The notes under the pieces were generated by a model. The model did not search any database, had not been told where the DNA came from, and saw only the letters and a program-made list of their open reading frames with translations. Made by a program: the position numbers and the translations under genes. A stretch of DNA of 64,000 nt from Escherichia coli (GTDB lineage Bacteria; Pseudomonadota; Gammaproteobacteria; Enterobacterales; Enterobacteriaceae): the NCBI RefSeq assembly GCF_022846255.1, contig NZ_AP025682.1. One strand, 5' to 3'. Each line of letters starts with the position of its first letter. The stretch's first letter is position 1. Positions 22,719 through 33,843 of this stretch are shown here, piece by piece.

Positions 22719-23735
22719 ATGAGAGTTCTGGTTACCGGTGGTAGCGGTTACATTGGAAGTCATACCTGTGTGCAATTACTGCAAAACGGTCATGATGTCA
22801 TCATTCTTGATAACCTCTGTAACAGTAAGCGCAGCGTACTGCCTGTTATCGAGCGTTTAGGCGGCAAACATCCAACGTTTGTTGAAGGCGATATCCGTAA
22901 CGAAGCGTTGATGACCGAGATCCTGCACGATCACGCTATCGACACTGTGATCCACTTCGCCGGGCTGAAAGCCGTTGGCGAATCGGTACAAAAACCGCTT
23001 GAATATTACGACAACAATGTCAACGGTACCCTGCGCCTGATTAGCGCCATGCGCGCCGCGAACGTCAAAAACTTTATTTTTAGCTCCTCCGCCACCGTCT
23101 ATGGCGATCAGCCCAAAATTCCATACGTTGAAAGCTTCCCGACCGGCACACCGCAAAGCCCTTACGGCAAAAGCAAACTGATGGTGGAACAGATCCTCAC
23201 CGATCTGCAAAAAGCCCAGCCGGACTGGAGCATTGCCCTGCTGCGCTACTTCAACCCGGTTGGCGCGCATCCGTCGGGCGATATGGGCGAAGATCCGCAA
23301 GGCATTCCGAATAACCTGATGCCATACATCGCCCAGGTTGCTGTAGGCCGTCGCGACTCGCTGGCGATTTTTGGTAACGATTATCCGACCGAAGACGGTA
23401 CTGGCGTACGCGATTACATCCACGTAATGGATCTGGCGGACGGTCACGTCGTGGCGATGGAAAAACTGGCGAACAAGCCAGGCGTACACATCTATAACCT
23501 CGGCGCTGGCGTAGGCAGCAGCGTGCTGGACGTGGTTAATGCCTTCAGCAAAGCCTGCGGCAAACCGGTTAATTATCATTTTGCACCGCGTCGCGAGGGC
23601 GACCTTCCGGCCTACTGGGCGGACGCCAGCAAAGCCGACCGTGAACTGAACTGGCGCGTAACGCGCACACTCGATGAAATGGCGCAGGACACCTGGCACT
23701 GGCAGTCACGCCATCCACAGGGATATCCCGATTAA
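22719..23735 (+). CDS. galE: UDP-glucose 4-epimerase
   Basis: ORF-track ORF 22677-23735; start trimmed to MRVLVTGGSGYIGSH (Rossmann GxxGxxG). Confidence 0.93.
   Translation: MRVLVTGGSGYIGSHTCVQLLQNGHDVIILDNLCNSKRSVLPVIERLGGKHPTFVEGDIRNEALMTEILHDHAIDTVIHFAGLKAVGESVQKPLEYYDNNVNGTLRLISAMRAANVKNFIFSSSATVYGDQPKIPYVESFPTGTPQSPYGKSKLMVEQILTDLQKAQPDWSIALLRYFNPVGAHPSGDMGEDPQGIPNNLMPYIAQVAVGRRDSLAIFGNDYPTEDGTGVRDYIHVMDLADGHVVAMEKLANKPGVHIYNLGAGVGSSVLDVVNAFSKACGKPVNYHFAPRREGDLPAYWADASKADRELNWRVTRTLDEMAQDTWHWQSRHPQGYPD
22738..22753. promoter_or_regulatory. gal internal operator OI inside galE
   Basis: gtggtagcggttacat within the first codons of galE. Confidence 0.85.
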
Positions 23736-23744
23736 GGAACGACC

Positions 23745-24791
23745 ATGACGCAATTTAATCCCGTTGATCATCCACATCGCCGCTACAACCCGCTCACCGG
23801 GCAATGGATTCTGGTTTCACCGCACCGCGCTAAGCGCCCCTGGCAGGGGGCGCAGGAAACGCCAGCCAAACAGGTGTTACCTGCGCACGATCCAGATTGC
23901 TTCCTCTGCGCAGGTAATGTACGGGTGACAGGCGATAAAAACCCCGATTACACCGGGACTTACGTTTTCACTAATGACTTTGCGGCCTTGATGTCTGACA
24001 CGCCAGATGCGCCAGAAAGCAACGATCCGCTAATGCGTTGCCAGAGCGCGCGCGGTACCAGCCGGGTGATCTGCTTTTCACCGGATCACAGTAAAACGTT
24101 GCCAGAACTGAGCGTTGCGGCATTGACGGAAATCGTCAAAACCTGGCAGGAGCAAACCGCAGAGCTGGGAAAAACGTACCCGTGGGTACAGGTCTTTGAA
24201 AACAAAGGCGCGGCGATGGGCTGCTCTAACCCGCATCCGCACGGACAGATTTGGGCAAATAGCTTCCTGCCTAACGAAGCTGAGCGCGAAGACCGCCTGC
24301 AAAAAGAATATTTCGCCGGGCAGAAATCACCAATGCTGGTGGATTATGTTCAGCGCGAGCTGGCAGACGGTAGCCGTACCGTTGTCGAAACCGAACACTG
24401 GTTAGCCGTTGTACCTTACTGGGCTGCCTGGCCGTTCGAAACGCTACTGCTGCCCAAAGCCCACGTTTTGCGGATCACCGATTTGACCGACGCCCAGCGC
24501 AGCGATTTGGCACTGGCGTTGAAAAAGCTGACCAGTCGTTATGACAACCTCTTCCAGTGCTCCTTCCCCTACTCTATGGGCTGGCACGGCGCGCCATTTA
24601 ATGGCGAAGAGAATCAACACTGGCAGCTGCACGCGCACTTTTATCCGCCTCTGTTGCGCTCCGCCACCGTACGTAAATTTATGGTTGGTTATGAAATGCT
24701 GGCAGAAACCCAGCGAGACCTGACCGCAGAACAGGCAGCAGAGCGTTTGCGCGCAGTCAGCGATATCCATTTTCGCGAATCCGGAGTGTAA
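23745..24791 (+). CDS. galT: Galactose-1-phosphate uridylyltransferase
   Basis: 348 aa; HIT-like motif HPHGQIW. Confidence 0.93.
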   Translation: MTQFNPVDHPHRRYNPLTGQWILVSPHRAKRPWQGAQETPAKQVLPAHDPDCFLCAGNVRVTGDKNPDYTGTYVFTNDFAALMSDTPDAPESNDPLMRCQSARGTSRVICFSPDHSKTLPELSVAALTEIVKTWQEQTAELGKTYPWVQVFENKGAAMGCSNPHPHGQIWANSFLPNEAEREDRLQKEYFAGQKSPMLVDYVQRELADGSRTVVETEHWLAVVPYWAAWPFETLLLPKAHVLRITDLTDAQRSDLALALKKLTSRYDNLFQCSFPYSMGWHGAPFNGEENQHWQLHAHFYPPLLRSATVRKFMVGYEMLAETQRDLTAEQAAERLRAVSDIHFRESGV

Positions 24792-24794
24792 GAA

Positions 24795-25943
24795 ATGAGT
24801 CTGAAAGAAAAAACACAATCTCTGTTTGCCAACGCATTTGGCTACCCTGCCACTCACACCATTCAGGCGCCTGGCCGCGTGAATTTGATTGGTGAACACA
24901 CCGACTACAACGACGGTTTCGTTCTGCCCTGCGCGATTGATTATCAAACCGTGATCAGTTGTGCACCACGCGATGACCGTAAAGTTCGCGTGATGGCAGC
25001 CGATTATGAAAATCAGCTCGACGAGTTTTCCCTTGATACGCCCATTATCGCGCATGAAAACTATCAATGGGCGAACTACGTTCGTGGCGTGGTGAAACAT
25101 CTGCAACTGCGTAACAACAACTTCGGCGGTGTGGACATGGTGATCAGCGGCAATGTGCCGCAGGGTGCCGGGTTAAGTTCTTCCGCTTCACTGGAAGTCG
25201 CGGTCGGAACCGTATTGCAGCAGCTTTATCATCTGCCGCTGGACGGCGCACAAATCGCGCTTAATGGTCAGGAAGCAGAAAACCAGTTTGTAGGCTGTAA
25301 CTGTGGAATCATGGATCAACTGATTTCCGCGCTCGGCAAGAAAGATCATGCCTTGCTGATCGATTGCCGCTCACTGGGGACCAAAGCTGTTTCCATGCCG
25401 AAAGGCGTGGCTGTCGTCATCATCAACAGTAACTTCAAACGTACCCTGGTTGGCAGCGAATACAACACCCGTCGTGAACAGTGCGAAACCGGTGCGCGTT
25501 TCTTCCAGCAGCCAGCTCTGCGCGATGTCACCATTGAAGAGTTCAACGCTGTTGCGCATGAACTGGACCCAATCGTGGCGAAACGCGTGCGTCATATCCT
25601 GACTGAAAACGCCCGCACCGTTGAAGCTGCCAGCGCACTGGAGCAAGGCGACCTGAAACGTATGGGCGAGTTGATGGCGGAGTCTCATGCCTCTATGCGC
25701 GATGATTTCGAAATCACCGTGCCGCAAATTGACACTCTGGTAGAAATCGTCAAAGCTGTGATTGGCGACAAAGGTGGCGTACGCATGACCGGCGGCGGAT
25801 TTGGTGGCTGTATCGTCGCGTTGATCCCGGAAGAGCTGGTGCCTGCCGTACAGCAAGCTGTCGCTGAACAATATGAAGCAAAAACAGGTATTAAAGAGAC
25901 TTTTTACGTTTGTAAACCATCACAAGGAGCAGGACAGTGCTGA
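24795..25943 (+). CDS. galK: Galactokinase
   Basis: 382 aa; GHMP kinase motifs GEHTDYN and [11 protein letters not shown]. Confidence 0.93.
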   Translation: MSLKEKTQSLFANAFGYPATHTIQAPGRVNLIGEHTDYNDGFVLPCAIDYQTVISCAPRDDRKVRVMAADYENQLDEFSLDTPIIAHENYQWANYVRGVVKHLQLRNNNFGGVDMVISGNVPQGAGLSSSASLEVAVGTVLQQLYHLPLDGAQIALNGQEAENQFVGCNCGIMDQLISALGKKDHALLIDCRSLGTKAVSMPKGVAVVIINSNFKRTLVGSEYNTRREQCETGARFFQQPALRDVTIEEFNAVAHELDPIVAKRVRHILTENARTVEAASALEQGDLKRMGELMAESHASMRDDFEITVPQIDTLVEIVKAVIGDKGGVRMTGGGFGGCIVALIPEELVPAVQQAVAEQYEAKTGIKETFYVCKPSQGAGQC

Positions 25944-26977
25944 ACGAAACTCCCGCACTGGCACCCGATGGTCAGCCGTACCGACTGTTAACTTTGCGTA
26001 ACAACGCAGGGATGGTAGTCACGCTGATGGACTGGGGTGCGACTTTACTTTCCGCCCGTATTCCGCTTTCCGATGGCAGCGTCCGCGAGGCGCTGCTCGG
26101 CTGTGCCAGCCCGGAATGCTATCAGGATCAGGCCGCATTTCTGGGGGCCTCTATTGGTCGTTATGCCAACCGTATCGCCAATAGCCGTTATACCTTTGAC
26201 GGTGAAACCGTGACGCTTTCGCCAAGTCAGGGCGTTAACCAGCTGCACGGCGGCCCGGAAGGGTTCGACAAACGTCGCTGGCAGATTGTGAACCAGAACG
26301 ATCGTCAGGTGCTGTTTGCCCTGAGTTCAGATGATGGCGATCAGGGCTTCCCGGGTAATCTCGGCGCGACGGTACAATATCGTCTGACCGACGATAACCG
26401 TATCTCTATTACTTATCGCGCCACAGTTGATAAACCTTGCCCGGTGAATATGACTAATCACGTCTATTTCAATCTTGACGGCGAGCAGTCTGACGTGCGC
26501 AATCACAAGTTGCAGATTCTGGCGGACGAATATCTTCCGGTTGATGAAGGCGGCATTCCGCACGACGGCCTGAAATCTGTCGCCGGAACGTCTTTTGATT
26601 TCCGCAGCGCCAAAATCATCGCCAGTGAGTTTCTTGCCGACGACGATCAGCGCAAAGTGAAAGGTTACGATCACGCGTTCTTGTTACAGGCCAAAGGCGA
26701 TGGCAAGAAAGTGGCGGCACATGTCTGGTCAGCAGATGAAAAATTGCAGCTGAAGGTCTACACCACCGCTCCGGCTCTGCAATTCTACTCCGGCAACTAC
26801 CTCGGCGGCACATCGTCGCGGGGAACCGAACCTTACGCCGACTGGCAAGGGCTGGCTCTGGAAAGCGAATTTCTGCCGGACAGCCCGAACCACCCTGAAT
26901 GGCCGCAACCGGACTGTTTCCTGCGTCCTGGCGAAGAGTATTCCAGCCTGACGGAATATCAGTTTATTGCTCAGTAA
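25937..26977 (+). CDS. galM: Aldose 1-epimerase (mutarotase)
   Basis: 346 aa; overlaps galK stop; last gene of galETKM. Confidence 0.92.
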   Translation: MLNETPALAPDGQPYRLLTLRNNAGMVVTLMDWGATLLSARIPLSDGSVREALLGCASPECYQDQAAFLGASIGRYANRIANSRYTFDGETVTLSPSQGVNQLHGGPEGFDKRRWQIVNQNDRQVLFALSSDDGDQGFPGNLGATVQYRLTDDNRISITYRATVDKPCPVNMTNHVYFNLDGEQSDVRNHKLQILADEYLPVDEGGIPHDGLKSVAGTSFDFRSAKIIASEFLADDDQRKVKGYDHAFLLQAKGDGKKVAAHVWSADEKLQLKVYTTAPALQFYSGNYLGGTSSRGTEPYADWQGLALESEFLPDSPNHPEWPQPDCFLRPGEEYSSLTEYQFIAQ

Positions 26978-27136
26978 TGTTAAGCCCTCGTCATGAGGGC
27001 TTTATCTTCATATTGTTCAAATCACCAGCAAACACCGACATATTTGCAACTCAATATTCACAACAACCTTACACTGCGACACTATTTTCGCTATGGTTAT
27101 GCGTAAGCATTGCTGTTGCTTCGTCACGGCAATATA

Positions 27137-27155
27137 ATGAGAATTATTATCATTA
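27137..27155. promoter_or_regulatory. Fur-box-like AT-rich inverted repeat upstream of gpmA
   Basis: aatgagaattattatcatt partly matches the GATAATGATAATCATTATC consensus; tentative. Confidence 0.35.
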
Positions 27156-27179
27156 AAAGATGATTTGAGGAGTAAGTAT

Positions 27180-27932
27180 ATGGCTGTAACTAAGCTGGTT
27201 CTGGTTCGTCATGGCGAAAGTCAGTGGAACAAAGAAAACCGTTTCACCGGTTGGTACGACGTGGATCTGTCTGAGAAAGGCGTAAGCGAAGCAAAAGCAG
27301 CAGGTAAGCTGCTGAAAGAGGAAGGTTACAGCTTTGACTTTGCTTACACTTCTGTGCTGAAACGCGCTATCCATACCCTGTGGAATGTGCTGGACGAACT
27401 GGATCAGGCATGGCTGCCCGTTGAGAAATCCTGGAAACTGAACGAACGTCACTACGGTGCGTTGCAGGGTCTGAACAAAGCGGAAACTGCTGAAAAGTAT
27501 GGCGACGAGCAGGTGAAACAGTGGCGTCGTGGTTTTGCAGTGACTCCGCCGGAACTGACTAAAGATGATGAGCGTTATCCGGGTCACGATCCGCGTTACG
27601 CGAAACTGAGCGAAAAAGAACTGCCGCTGACGGAAAGCCTGGCGCTGACCATTGACCGCGTGATCCCTTACTGGAATGAAACCATTCTGCCGCGTATGAA
27701 GAGCGGTGAGCGCGTGATCATCGCTGCACACGGTAACTCTTTACGTGCGCTGGTGAAATATCTTGATAATATGAGTGAAGAAGAGATTCTTGAGCTGAAT
27801 ATCCCGACTGGCGTGCCGCTGGTGTATGAGTTCGACGAGAATTTCAAACCGCTGAAACGTTATTATCTGGGTAATGCTGACGAGATCGCGGCGAAAGCAG
27901 CGGCGGTTGCTAACCAGGGTAAAGCGAAGTAA
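27180..27932 (+). CDS. gpmA: 2,3-bisphosphoglycerate-dependent phosphoglycerate mutase
   Basis: ORF-track ORF 27165-27932; start trimmed to [17 protein letters not shown] (RHGE catalytic motif). Confidence 0.93.
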
Positions 27933-28010
27933 ACGTCATTCGTTTAAAAATGAGAAAGCCGACTGCAAGTGAGTCGGCTTTTTTGTTTGTCGTTGCTAAC
28001 AATGGAGCAC

Positions 28011-28095
28011 ATTGCCTGATGCGACGCTGCGCGTTTTATCAGGCCTCCGGTGATTAATCGGATACGCCACTCTGACGGCGCATCCGACAATTAAA
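28011..28095. repeat. REP elements between convergent gpmA and aroG
   Basis: gcctgatgcgacgctgcgcgttttatcaggcctc and cggatacgcc...ggcgcatccgaca palindromic units. Confidence 0.7.
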
Positions 28096-28097
28096 CT

Positions 28098-29150
28098 TTA
28101 CCCGCGACGCGCTTTTACTGCATTCGCCAGTTGACGTAACAGAGCATCGGTATCATCCCAGCCAATGCAGGCATCGGTGATGCTCTTGCCATAGGCCAGC
28201 GGTTCCCCACTCTCGAGGCTCTGATTGCCTTCCACCAGATGGCTTTCCACCATCACGCCAATAATGGCCTTTTCGCCACCGGCAATCTGCTGGCAAACGT
28301 CAGTACAAACATCCATCTGCTTTTTGAATTGTTTTGACGAGTTAGCATGGCTGAAATCGATCATCACCTGTGCTGGCAGGCCTGCTTTGTTCAGCCCTTC
28401 TTTTACTTCAGCAACGTGCTTCGCGCTGTAGTTAGGCTCTTTACCGCCGCGCAGAATGATATGGCAATCGCCGTTACCGCTGGTATTCACAATCGCCGAA
28501 TGCCCCCATTTCGTTACGGACAGGAAGCAGTGCGGCGCACCGGCGGCATTAATGGCATCGATAGCCACTTTAATCGTACCGTCGGTGCCATTTTTGAAAC
28601 CTACCGGACAAGAAAGACCAGACGCCAGTTCGCGGTGCACCTGCGATTCGGTGGTACGTGCACCAATTGCGCCCCAGCTCATCAGGTCAGCGAGATATTG
28701 TGGGGTGATCATATCGAGAAACTCACCCGCCGCTGGCAGACCGCTGTCGTTAATATCAAGCAGCAATTTACGGGCAATACGCAGACCGTCGTTGATCTGG
28801 AAGCTGTTATCCATATGCGGATCGTTAATCAGCCCTTTCCAGCCCACCGTGGTACGCGGCTTTTCAAAATAGACGCGCATTACGATTTCCAGCTCATCTT
28901 TCAGCTCTTCACGCAGCGCCAGCAAGCGAGTGGCATACTCTTTAGCCGCGACAGGATCATGAATTGAGCATGGGCCAATCACCACCAACAGGCGATCATC
29001 ATTACCTTTCAGGATCTTATGGATCGCTTTTCGGGCATGGGCGACCGTATTCGCGGCATTTTCAGTAGCGGGGAATTTTTCCAGCAATGCGACAGGAGGA
29101 AGTAACTCTTTGATTTCTTTGATGCGTAAATCGTCGTTCTGATAATTCAT
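28098..29150 (-). CDS. aroG: DAHP synthase, Phe-sensitive
   Basis: 350 aa matching E. coli AroG N-terminus MNYQNDDLRIKEIKELLPP. Confidence 0.93.
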   Translation of the reverse strand: MNYQNDDLRIKEIKELLPPVALLEKFPATENAANTVAHARKAIHKILKGNDDRLLVVIGPCSIHDPVAAKEYATRLLALREELKDELEIVMRVYFEKPRTTVGWKGLINDPHMDNSFQINDGLRIARKLLLDINDSGLPAAGEFLDMITPQYLADLMSWGAIGARTTESQVHRELASGLSCPVGFKNGTDGTIKVAIDAINAAGAPHCFLSVTKWGHSAIVNTSGNGDCHIILRGGKEPNYSAKHVAEVKEGLNKAGLPAQVMIDFSHANSSKQFKKQMDVCTDVCQQIAGGEKAIIGVMVESHLVEGNQSLESGEPLAYGKSITDACIGWDDTDALLRQLANAVKARRG

Positions 29151-29220
29151 GTCTGTTCCAGTGTTGCCATACTTATCTTAGTGAATGCAATACTTCCAAT
29201 CTATATCTTCCGTCAGAATG

Positions 29221-29238
29221 TGTAAACGGGGTTTTACA
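29221..29238. promoter_or_regulatory. TyrR box (TGTAAA-N6-TTTACA) at aroG promoter
   Basis: tgtaaacggggttttaca, perfect consensus half-sites, about 70 bp upstream of aroG start. Confidence 0.75.
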
Positions 29239-29465
29239 CTATGAACGGATTAATCCTGGAATTAGCAAGAAAAACGCCAGATTGTCGCGAAAAACGAGAT
29301 CTCTCCTACAATTTCTAACTGTAACTCCTTTGTTTGTTAATTATTTCAAGATTCTCTGCTGCGTTTCATAAGCTGGCTGAAATCTTAAACCAATGCCTGA
29401 TATTCACCTGCAAATGCACTGTTGGAAGAGGTTATCCGACATAACGACCATAACAGGAGCATCCT

Positions 29466-29846
29466 ATGAAAATGACAAAACTGGCCACGCTATTTCTGAC
29501 TGCCACTCTAAGCCTTGCCAGCGGTGCCGCACTGGCTGCCGATAGCGGAGCGCAAAGCAATAACGGCCAGGCAAACGCCGCAGCTGATGCGGGCCAGGTA
29601 GCCCCTGATGCCCGTGAAAATGTCGCGCCAAATAACGTCGACAATAACGGAGTAAATACCGGTTCTGGAGGCACAATGCTGCATCCGGATGGTTCTTCAA
29701 TGAACAATGATGGCATGACCAAAGATGAAGAGCACAAGAACACCATGTGTAAAGATGGTCGCTGTCCGGATATCAATAAAAAGGTACAAACTGGTGATGG
29801 CATCAATAATGATGTCGATACCAAAACCGACGGTACCACGCAGTAA
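29466..29846 (+). CDS. ybgS: Small secreted Gly/Asn/Asp-rich protein
   Basis: 126 aa; signal peptide [24 protein letters not shown]; low-complexity mature part. Confidence 0.85.
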   Translation: MKMTKLATLFLTATLSLASGAALAADSGAQSNNGQANAAADAGQVAPDARENVAPNNVDNNGVNTGSGGTMLHPDGSSMNNDGMTKDEEHKNTMCKDGRCPDINKKVQTGDGINNDVDTKTDGTTQ

Positions 29847-29959
29847 CCCTGCAAAATAGCCAATAATGGGAGAGCGGAGTCTCTCCCTTTTAATTTTTCC
29901 CTTCTACAAGCAGTATGATGTCATAAAGTTAAGTGAGAATAATTAAGGGATGACTCGTC

Positions 29960-30901
29960 ATGGCGCACTCACACTCACACGCTTCCTCACACCTGCCAGA
30001 AGATAATAATGCTCGTCGCTTGTTGTATGCTTTCGGCGTGACTGCCGGGTTTATGCTGGTAGAAGTCATTGGTGGTTTTCTTTCCGGTTCTCTGGCATTG
30101 CTGGCCGATGCGGGTCATATGTTGACCGATACTGCCGCCCTGCTTTTCGCCCTACTCGCCGTGCAATTTTCACGTCGACCTCCCACCATTCGCCACACTT
30201 TCGGTTGGCTAAGATTGACCACGCTCGCAGCATTTGTGAATGCTATCGCCCTGGTGGTGATTACCATTTTGATTGTCTGGGAGGCGATAGAACGCTTCCG
30301 CACACCGCGTCCGGTCGAGGGCGGCATGATGATGGCAATTGCCGTGGCTGGGCTGTTGGCAAATATACTTTCTTTCTGGTTACTTCATCACGGTAGCGAA
30401 GAGAAAAACCTCAACGTGCGAGCAGCGGCACTGCATGTGCTCGGGGACCTGCTGGGTTCGGTTGGGGCTATTATTGCCGCGTTGATTATTATCTGGACCG
30501 GCTGGACACCTGCTGACCCCATTCTCTCAATACTGGTGTCGCTTCTGGTTCTGCGTAGCGCGTGGCGACTGTTGAAAGATAGCGTGAATGAATTACTTGA
30601 AGGTGCACCGGTATCGCTGGATATCGCCGAACTGAAGCGTCGTATGTGCCGGGAAATCCCGGAAGTCCGCAATGTGCACCATGTACATGTATGGATGGTA
30701 GGCGAGAAGCCGGTGATGACGCTGCATGTGCAGGTGATCCCGCCACACGATCACGATGCCTTGTTAGATCAGATCCAACACTACCTGATGGATCACTATC
30801 AGATTGAGCACGCCACTATTCAGATGGAATATCAACCTTGTCATGGGCCAGACTGCCACCTGAATGAAGGGGTGTCTGGCCATTCACATCATCACCATTA
30901 A
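29960..30901 (+). CDS. zitB: Zinc efflux transporter, cation diffusion facilitator family
   Basis: 313 aa; six TM-type hydrophobic segments, His-rich N- and C-termini (HSHHHH). Confidence 0.92.
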   Translation: MAHSHSHASSHLPEDNNARRLLYAFGVTAGFMLVEVIGGFLSGSLALLADAGHMLTDTAALLFALLAVQFSRRPPTIRHTFGWLRLTTLAAFVNAIALVVITILIVWEAIERFRTPRPVEGGMMMAIAVAGLLANILSFWLLHHGSEEKNLNVRAAALHVLGDLLGSVGAIIAALIIIWTGWTPADPILSILVSLLVLRSAWRLLKDSVNELLEGAPVSLDIAELKRRMCREIPEVRNVHHVHVWMVGEKPVMTLHVQVIPPHDHDALLDQIQHYLMDHYQIEHATIQMEYQPCHGPDCHLNEGVSGHSHHHH

Positions 30902-31617
30902 TGGGACAGCGCGCGTGAACCTCTTTCGCGTGCGCTGTTGATCCACATCCGGCTGCCGTTGAGGGCAATAAAGGTCAGGATGATGTACTCCAGAGACATG
31001 GCGTAAACGCCCTGAAGTGCAAAAATAACGACGCTAATCACGTTAATAATCACCCACAACAGCCAGTTTTCCACATACTTACGCGTCATCAGAATCATTG
31101 CCACGATAGATAACACCATCATGCATGAATCCCAGAACGGGAAAGCGTCCGGCTGTAGTTCAGGCATCGCAACCTGTAATCCTAATGCTTGCATGATCAT
31201 GACTGCCACGCGGGTCAAAAATGCAAACACCGGATTGATAAATACCGTCATCAGACCAATCGAAACAACGCAAACCGCCAACCAGCTTAGCGCCTTCGGC
31301 AATGGCAACCAGCGAATTTTCAACTCCGCCTCGTTCTGACTGGTTTGTCGCGACCACGCATACCAGCCGTAAATATTCGCGGCAAAGAAAAACACCTGTA
31401 ATAGCAGGCTGGCATACAGCTGAATCTGAAAGAAAATAATGCCAAACAAAGTGACGTTGATCAGGCCAAAGAAGTAGTTACTGATCTTCTCCAGACTGGC
31501 AAGGCCAATACACAGCAACCCGGCGATCGTGCCTACCGCTTCGATCCATGAGAGATCATAACCGCCTGCCCCTATTGGTATATGTACCAGGATATTCTGC
31601 ACACTAAAAAAATCCAT
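30898..31617 (-). CDS. pnuC: Nicotinamide riboside transporter
   Basis: 239 aa membrane ORF co-transcribed downstream of nadA. Confidence 0.92.
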   Translation of the reverse strand: MDFFSVQNILVHIPIGAGGYDLSWIEAVGTIAGLLCIGLASLEKISNYFFGLINVTLFGIIFFQIQLYASLLLQVFFFAANIYGWYAWSRQTSQNEAELKIRWLPLPKALSWLAVCVVSIGLMTVFINPVFAFLTRVAVMIMQALGLQVAMPELQPDAFPFWDSCMMVLSIVAMILMTRKYVENWLLWVIINVISVVIFALQGVYAMSLEYIILTFIALNGSRMWINSARERGSRALSH

Positions 31618-31654
31618 CGTTCCCCCAAAGCGTAATGTGACGCCTTATTATCAA

Positions 31655-32698
31655 TTATCCACGTAGTGTAGCCGCAAAATCCAGCATACGATTGAGCGGC
31701 ACCAGCGCCCTCTCTAGCAGCCTTTCATCAACATAAACCTCGTGATTGCTTCCTTCCAGTTCTAATGCCTCTGCGATGGCCTGAAGGCCATTCATGGCCA
31801 TCCACGGGCAATGCGCGCAGCTGCGACAGGTTGCGCCCTCACCCGCAGTTGGTGCTTCCAGTAACTCTTTATCTGGCACCGCCTGCTGCATTTTGTAGAA
31901 AATGCCCCGATCGGTTGCCACGATAAGCCGCTGATGTGGCAATGTTTTCGCAGCAGCGATCAGTTGACTGGTGGAACCGACCGCATCCGCCATCTCTACA
32001 ATAGCTTGCGGTGATTCTGGATGCACCAGTATGGCAGCATCCGGGTATTCTTCTTGCAAGCGGGTTAACGCCTGAGTCTTAAACTCATCATGCACAATGC
32101 AGGCACCCTGCCAGCATAAAATGTCTGCGCCCGTCAGTTTTTGCACGTAACGCCCCAGATGTTTGTCAGGTGCCCAGATGATTTTTTCACCCAAACTATC
32201 CAGATGATCAATAAGTTCGACGGCAATGCTTGAAGTTACCACCCAATCTGCGCGCGCTTTTACCGCAGCAGAAGTGTTGGCGTAGACGACGACAGTACGA
32301 TCGGGATGGGCATCGCAAAATGCGTTAAATTCTTCAACAGGGCAGCCGAGATCCAGTGAACATTCAGCCTGAAGTGTCGGCATCAGAATTGTTTTTTCCG
32401 GACTGAGAATTTTGGCGGTTTCTCCCATAAATCTCACCCCAGCAACTAACAACGTAGAAGCGGGATGCTTTGCACCGAAGCGCGCCATTTCCAGAGAATC
32501 AGAAATACAGCCACCGGTTTCTTCTGCCAGTTGTTGAATTTCGGGATCGGTATAGTAGTGGGCAACCATCACCGCATTACGTTCTTTTAGTAGACGTTTT
32601 ATCTTCTCGCGGTAATACGCTTTTTCATCAATGCTTAACGGCGTCGGCTTCGGGGGGAAAGGATAAATCGCCGTGTCTGGATCAAACATCACGCTCAT
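31655..32698 (-). CDS. nadA: Quinolinate synthase
   Basis: 347 aa matching E. coli NadA; Cys ligands for the Fe-S cluster present. Confidence 0.93.
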   Translation of the reverse strand: MSVMFDPDTAIYPFPPKPTPLSIDEKAYYREKIKRLLKERNAVMVAHYYTDPEIQQLAEETGGCISDSLEMARFGAKHPASTLLVAGVRFMGETAKILSPEKTILMPTLQAECSLDLGCPVEEFNAFCDAHPDRTVVVYANTSAAVKARADWVVTSSIAVELIDHLDSLGEKIIWAPDKHLGRYVQKLTGADILCWQGACIVHDEFKTQALTRLQEEYPDAAILVHPESPQAIVEMADAVGSTSQLIAAAKTLPHQRLIVATDRGIFYKMQQAVPDKELLEAPTAGEGATCRSCAHCPWMAMNGLQAIAEALELEGSNHEVYVDERLLERALVPLNRMLDFAATLRG

Positions 32699-32770
32699 CT
32701 TACCATCTCGTTTTACAGGCTTAACGTTAAAACCGACTTAAGCGTGATATTCGCTATTATCGGCGTAATT

Positions 32771-32788
32771 TGTTTTATATGCTAAACA
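32771..32788. promoter_or_regulatory. Candidate NadR operator upstream of nadA
   Basis: tgttttatatgctaaaca approximates TGTTTA-N6-TAAACA, about 75 bp upstream of nadA. Confidence 0.55.
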
Positions 32789-32944
32789 AGATAGTCGAAT
32801 GGTGGGGAAAAGTCACTCGAATTACGTATGAGATGCCGAATGCCACACTTTGCGTCTTATTCCTCCGACGTAGAGTTGTTTACGCAGCAAGCGCGGAGTA
32901 TGTCATCAGGGTCAAGAATTGAAATTGAGAGATGCCTGAATAGC

Positions 32945-32974
32945 AAAAAAGCGCCTTTAGGGCGCTTTTTTGCA
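32945..32974 (-). terminator. Rho-independent terminator at the 3' end of the tRNA operon (symmetric, could act bidirectionally)
   Basis: aaaaaagcgcc-tttag-ggcgctttttt: GC stem flanked by A/T runs on both sides. Confidence 0.75.
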
Positions 32975-32975
32975 T

Positions 32976-33051
32976 TGGTGGGTCGTGCAGGATTCGAACC
33001 TGCGACCAATTGATTAAAAGTCAACTGCTCTACCAACTGAGCTAACGACCC
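32976..33051 (-). tRNA. lysQ: tRNA-Lys (anticodon UUU)
   Basis: 76 nt, reverse complement is GGGTCGTTAGCTCAGTTGGTAGAGCAGTTGACTTTTAATCAATTGGTCGCAGGTTCGAATCCTGCACGACCCACCA. Confidence 0.93.
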
Positions 33052-33084
33052 CTTGCGGGATTATGCTGCTTTAATCATTCAGGA

Positions 33085-33160
33085 TGGTGGGTCGTGCAGG
33101 ATTCGAACCTGCGACCAATTGATTAAAAGTCAACTGCTCTACCAACTGAGCTAACGACCC
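33085..33160 (-). tRNA. lysZ: tRNA-Lys (anticodon UUU)
   Basis: Identical 76 nt tRNA-Lys copy. Confidence 0.93.
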
Positions 33161-33208
33161 ATACGGGTGTTACCTGAAAGATTTCTACTCGGAACCAATG
33201 TTTAAAAT

Positions 33209-33284
33209 TGGTGGGTCGTGCAGGATTCGAACCTGCGACCAATTGATTAAAAGTCAACTGCTCTACCAACTGAGCTAACGACCC
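33209..33284 (-). tRNA. lysY: tRNA-Lys (anticodon UUU)
   Basis: Identical 76 nt tRNA-Lys copy. Confidence 0.93.
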
Positions 33285-33287
33285 GAG

Positions 33288-33363
33288 TGGTGGGTGATGA
33301 CGGGATCGAACCGCCGACCCCCTCCTTGTAAGGGAGGTGCTCTCCCAGCTGAGCTAATCACCC
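33288..33363 (-). tRNA. valZ: tRNA-Val (anticodon UAC)
   Basis: 76 nt, reverse complement GGGTGATTAGCTCAGCTGGGAGAGCACCTCCCTTACAAGGAGGGGGTCGGCGGTTCGATCCCGTCATCACCCACCA. Confidence 0.93.
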
Positions 33364-33414
33364 GATACTGCGCTGGATACTACAAACTACTTCCACCGAA
33401 CCCACCGTAATCAG

Positions 33415-33490
33415 TGGTGGGTCGTGCAGGATTCGAACCTGCGACCAATTGATTAAAAGTCAACTGCTCTACCAACTGAGCTAACGACCC
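33415..33490 (-). tRNA. lysW: tRNA-Lys (anticodon UUU)
   Basis: Identical 76 nt tRNA-Lys copy. Confidence 0.93.
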
Positions 33491-33492
33491 GG

Positions 33493-33568
33493 TGGTGGGT
33501 GATGACGGGATCGAACCGCCGACCCCCTCCTTGTAAGGGAGGTGCTCTCCCAGCTGAGCTAATCACCC
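33493..33568 (-). tRNA. valT: tRNA-Val (anticodon UAC)
   Basis: Identical 76 nt tRNA-Val copy. Confidence 0.93.
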
Positions 33569-33603
33569 GATACTACGCTGGATACTACAACTAACTATGT
33601 TAG

Positions 33604-33679
33604 TGGTGGGTCGTGCAGGATTCGAACCTGCGACCAATTGATTAAAAGTCAACTGCTCTACCAACTGAGCTAACGACCC
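33604..33679 (-). tRNA. lysT: tRNA-Lys (anticodon UUU)
   Basis: Identical 76 nt tRNA-Lys copy; promoter-proximal gene of the cluster. Confidence 0.93.
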
Positions 33680-33802
33680 ACTTTTTCGTTGCTTTCGGTT
33701 TTTTTGATATCCCGTGGCAACGGCGGCATATATTACTGATTTCAGACTTGAGCGCAACAAAAATTTCGATGTAGATCACTCAACTGCTTATGATTCGCAC
33801 GA

Positions 33803-33834
33803 CACGACCAGAAATAATGCGACTTCTGGTCGTG
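33803..33834 (-). terminator. Stem-loop downstream of cpoB (candidate tol-pal operon terminator, weak U-tract)
   Basis: Inverted repeat cacgaccagaa / ttctggtcgtg with a 10 nt loop, 10 bp after the cpoB stop. Confidence 0.4.
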
Positions 33835-33843
33835 TGTTATGCA

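Noticed and set aside
22857-23699. 280 aa minus-strand ORF inside galE
   Set aside because: Antisense to galE; galE identity is secure (Rossmann motif, operator OI inside its 5' end).
32976-33679. Repeated about 76 bp units as a possible mobile or CRISPR-like repeat
   Set aside because: They are seven tRNA genes (five Lys, two Val) with intact cloverleaf-compatible sequences and CCA ends.
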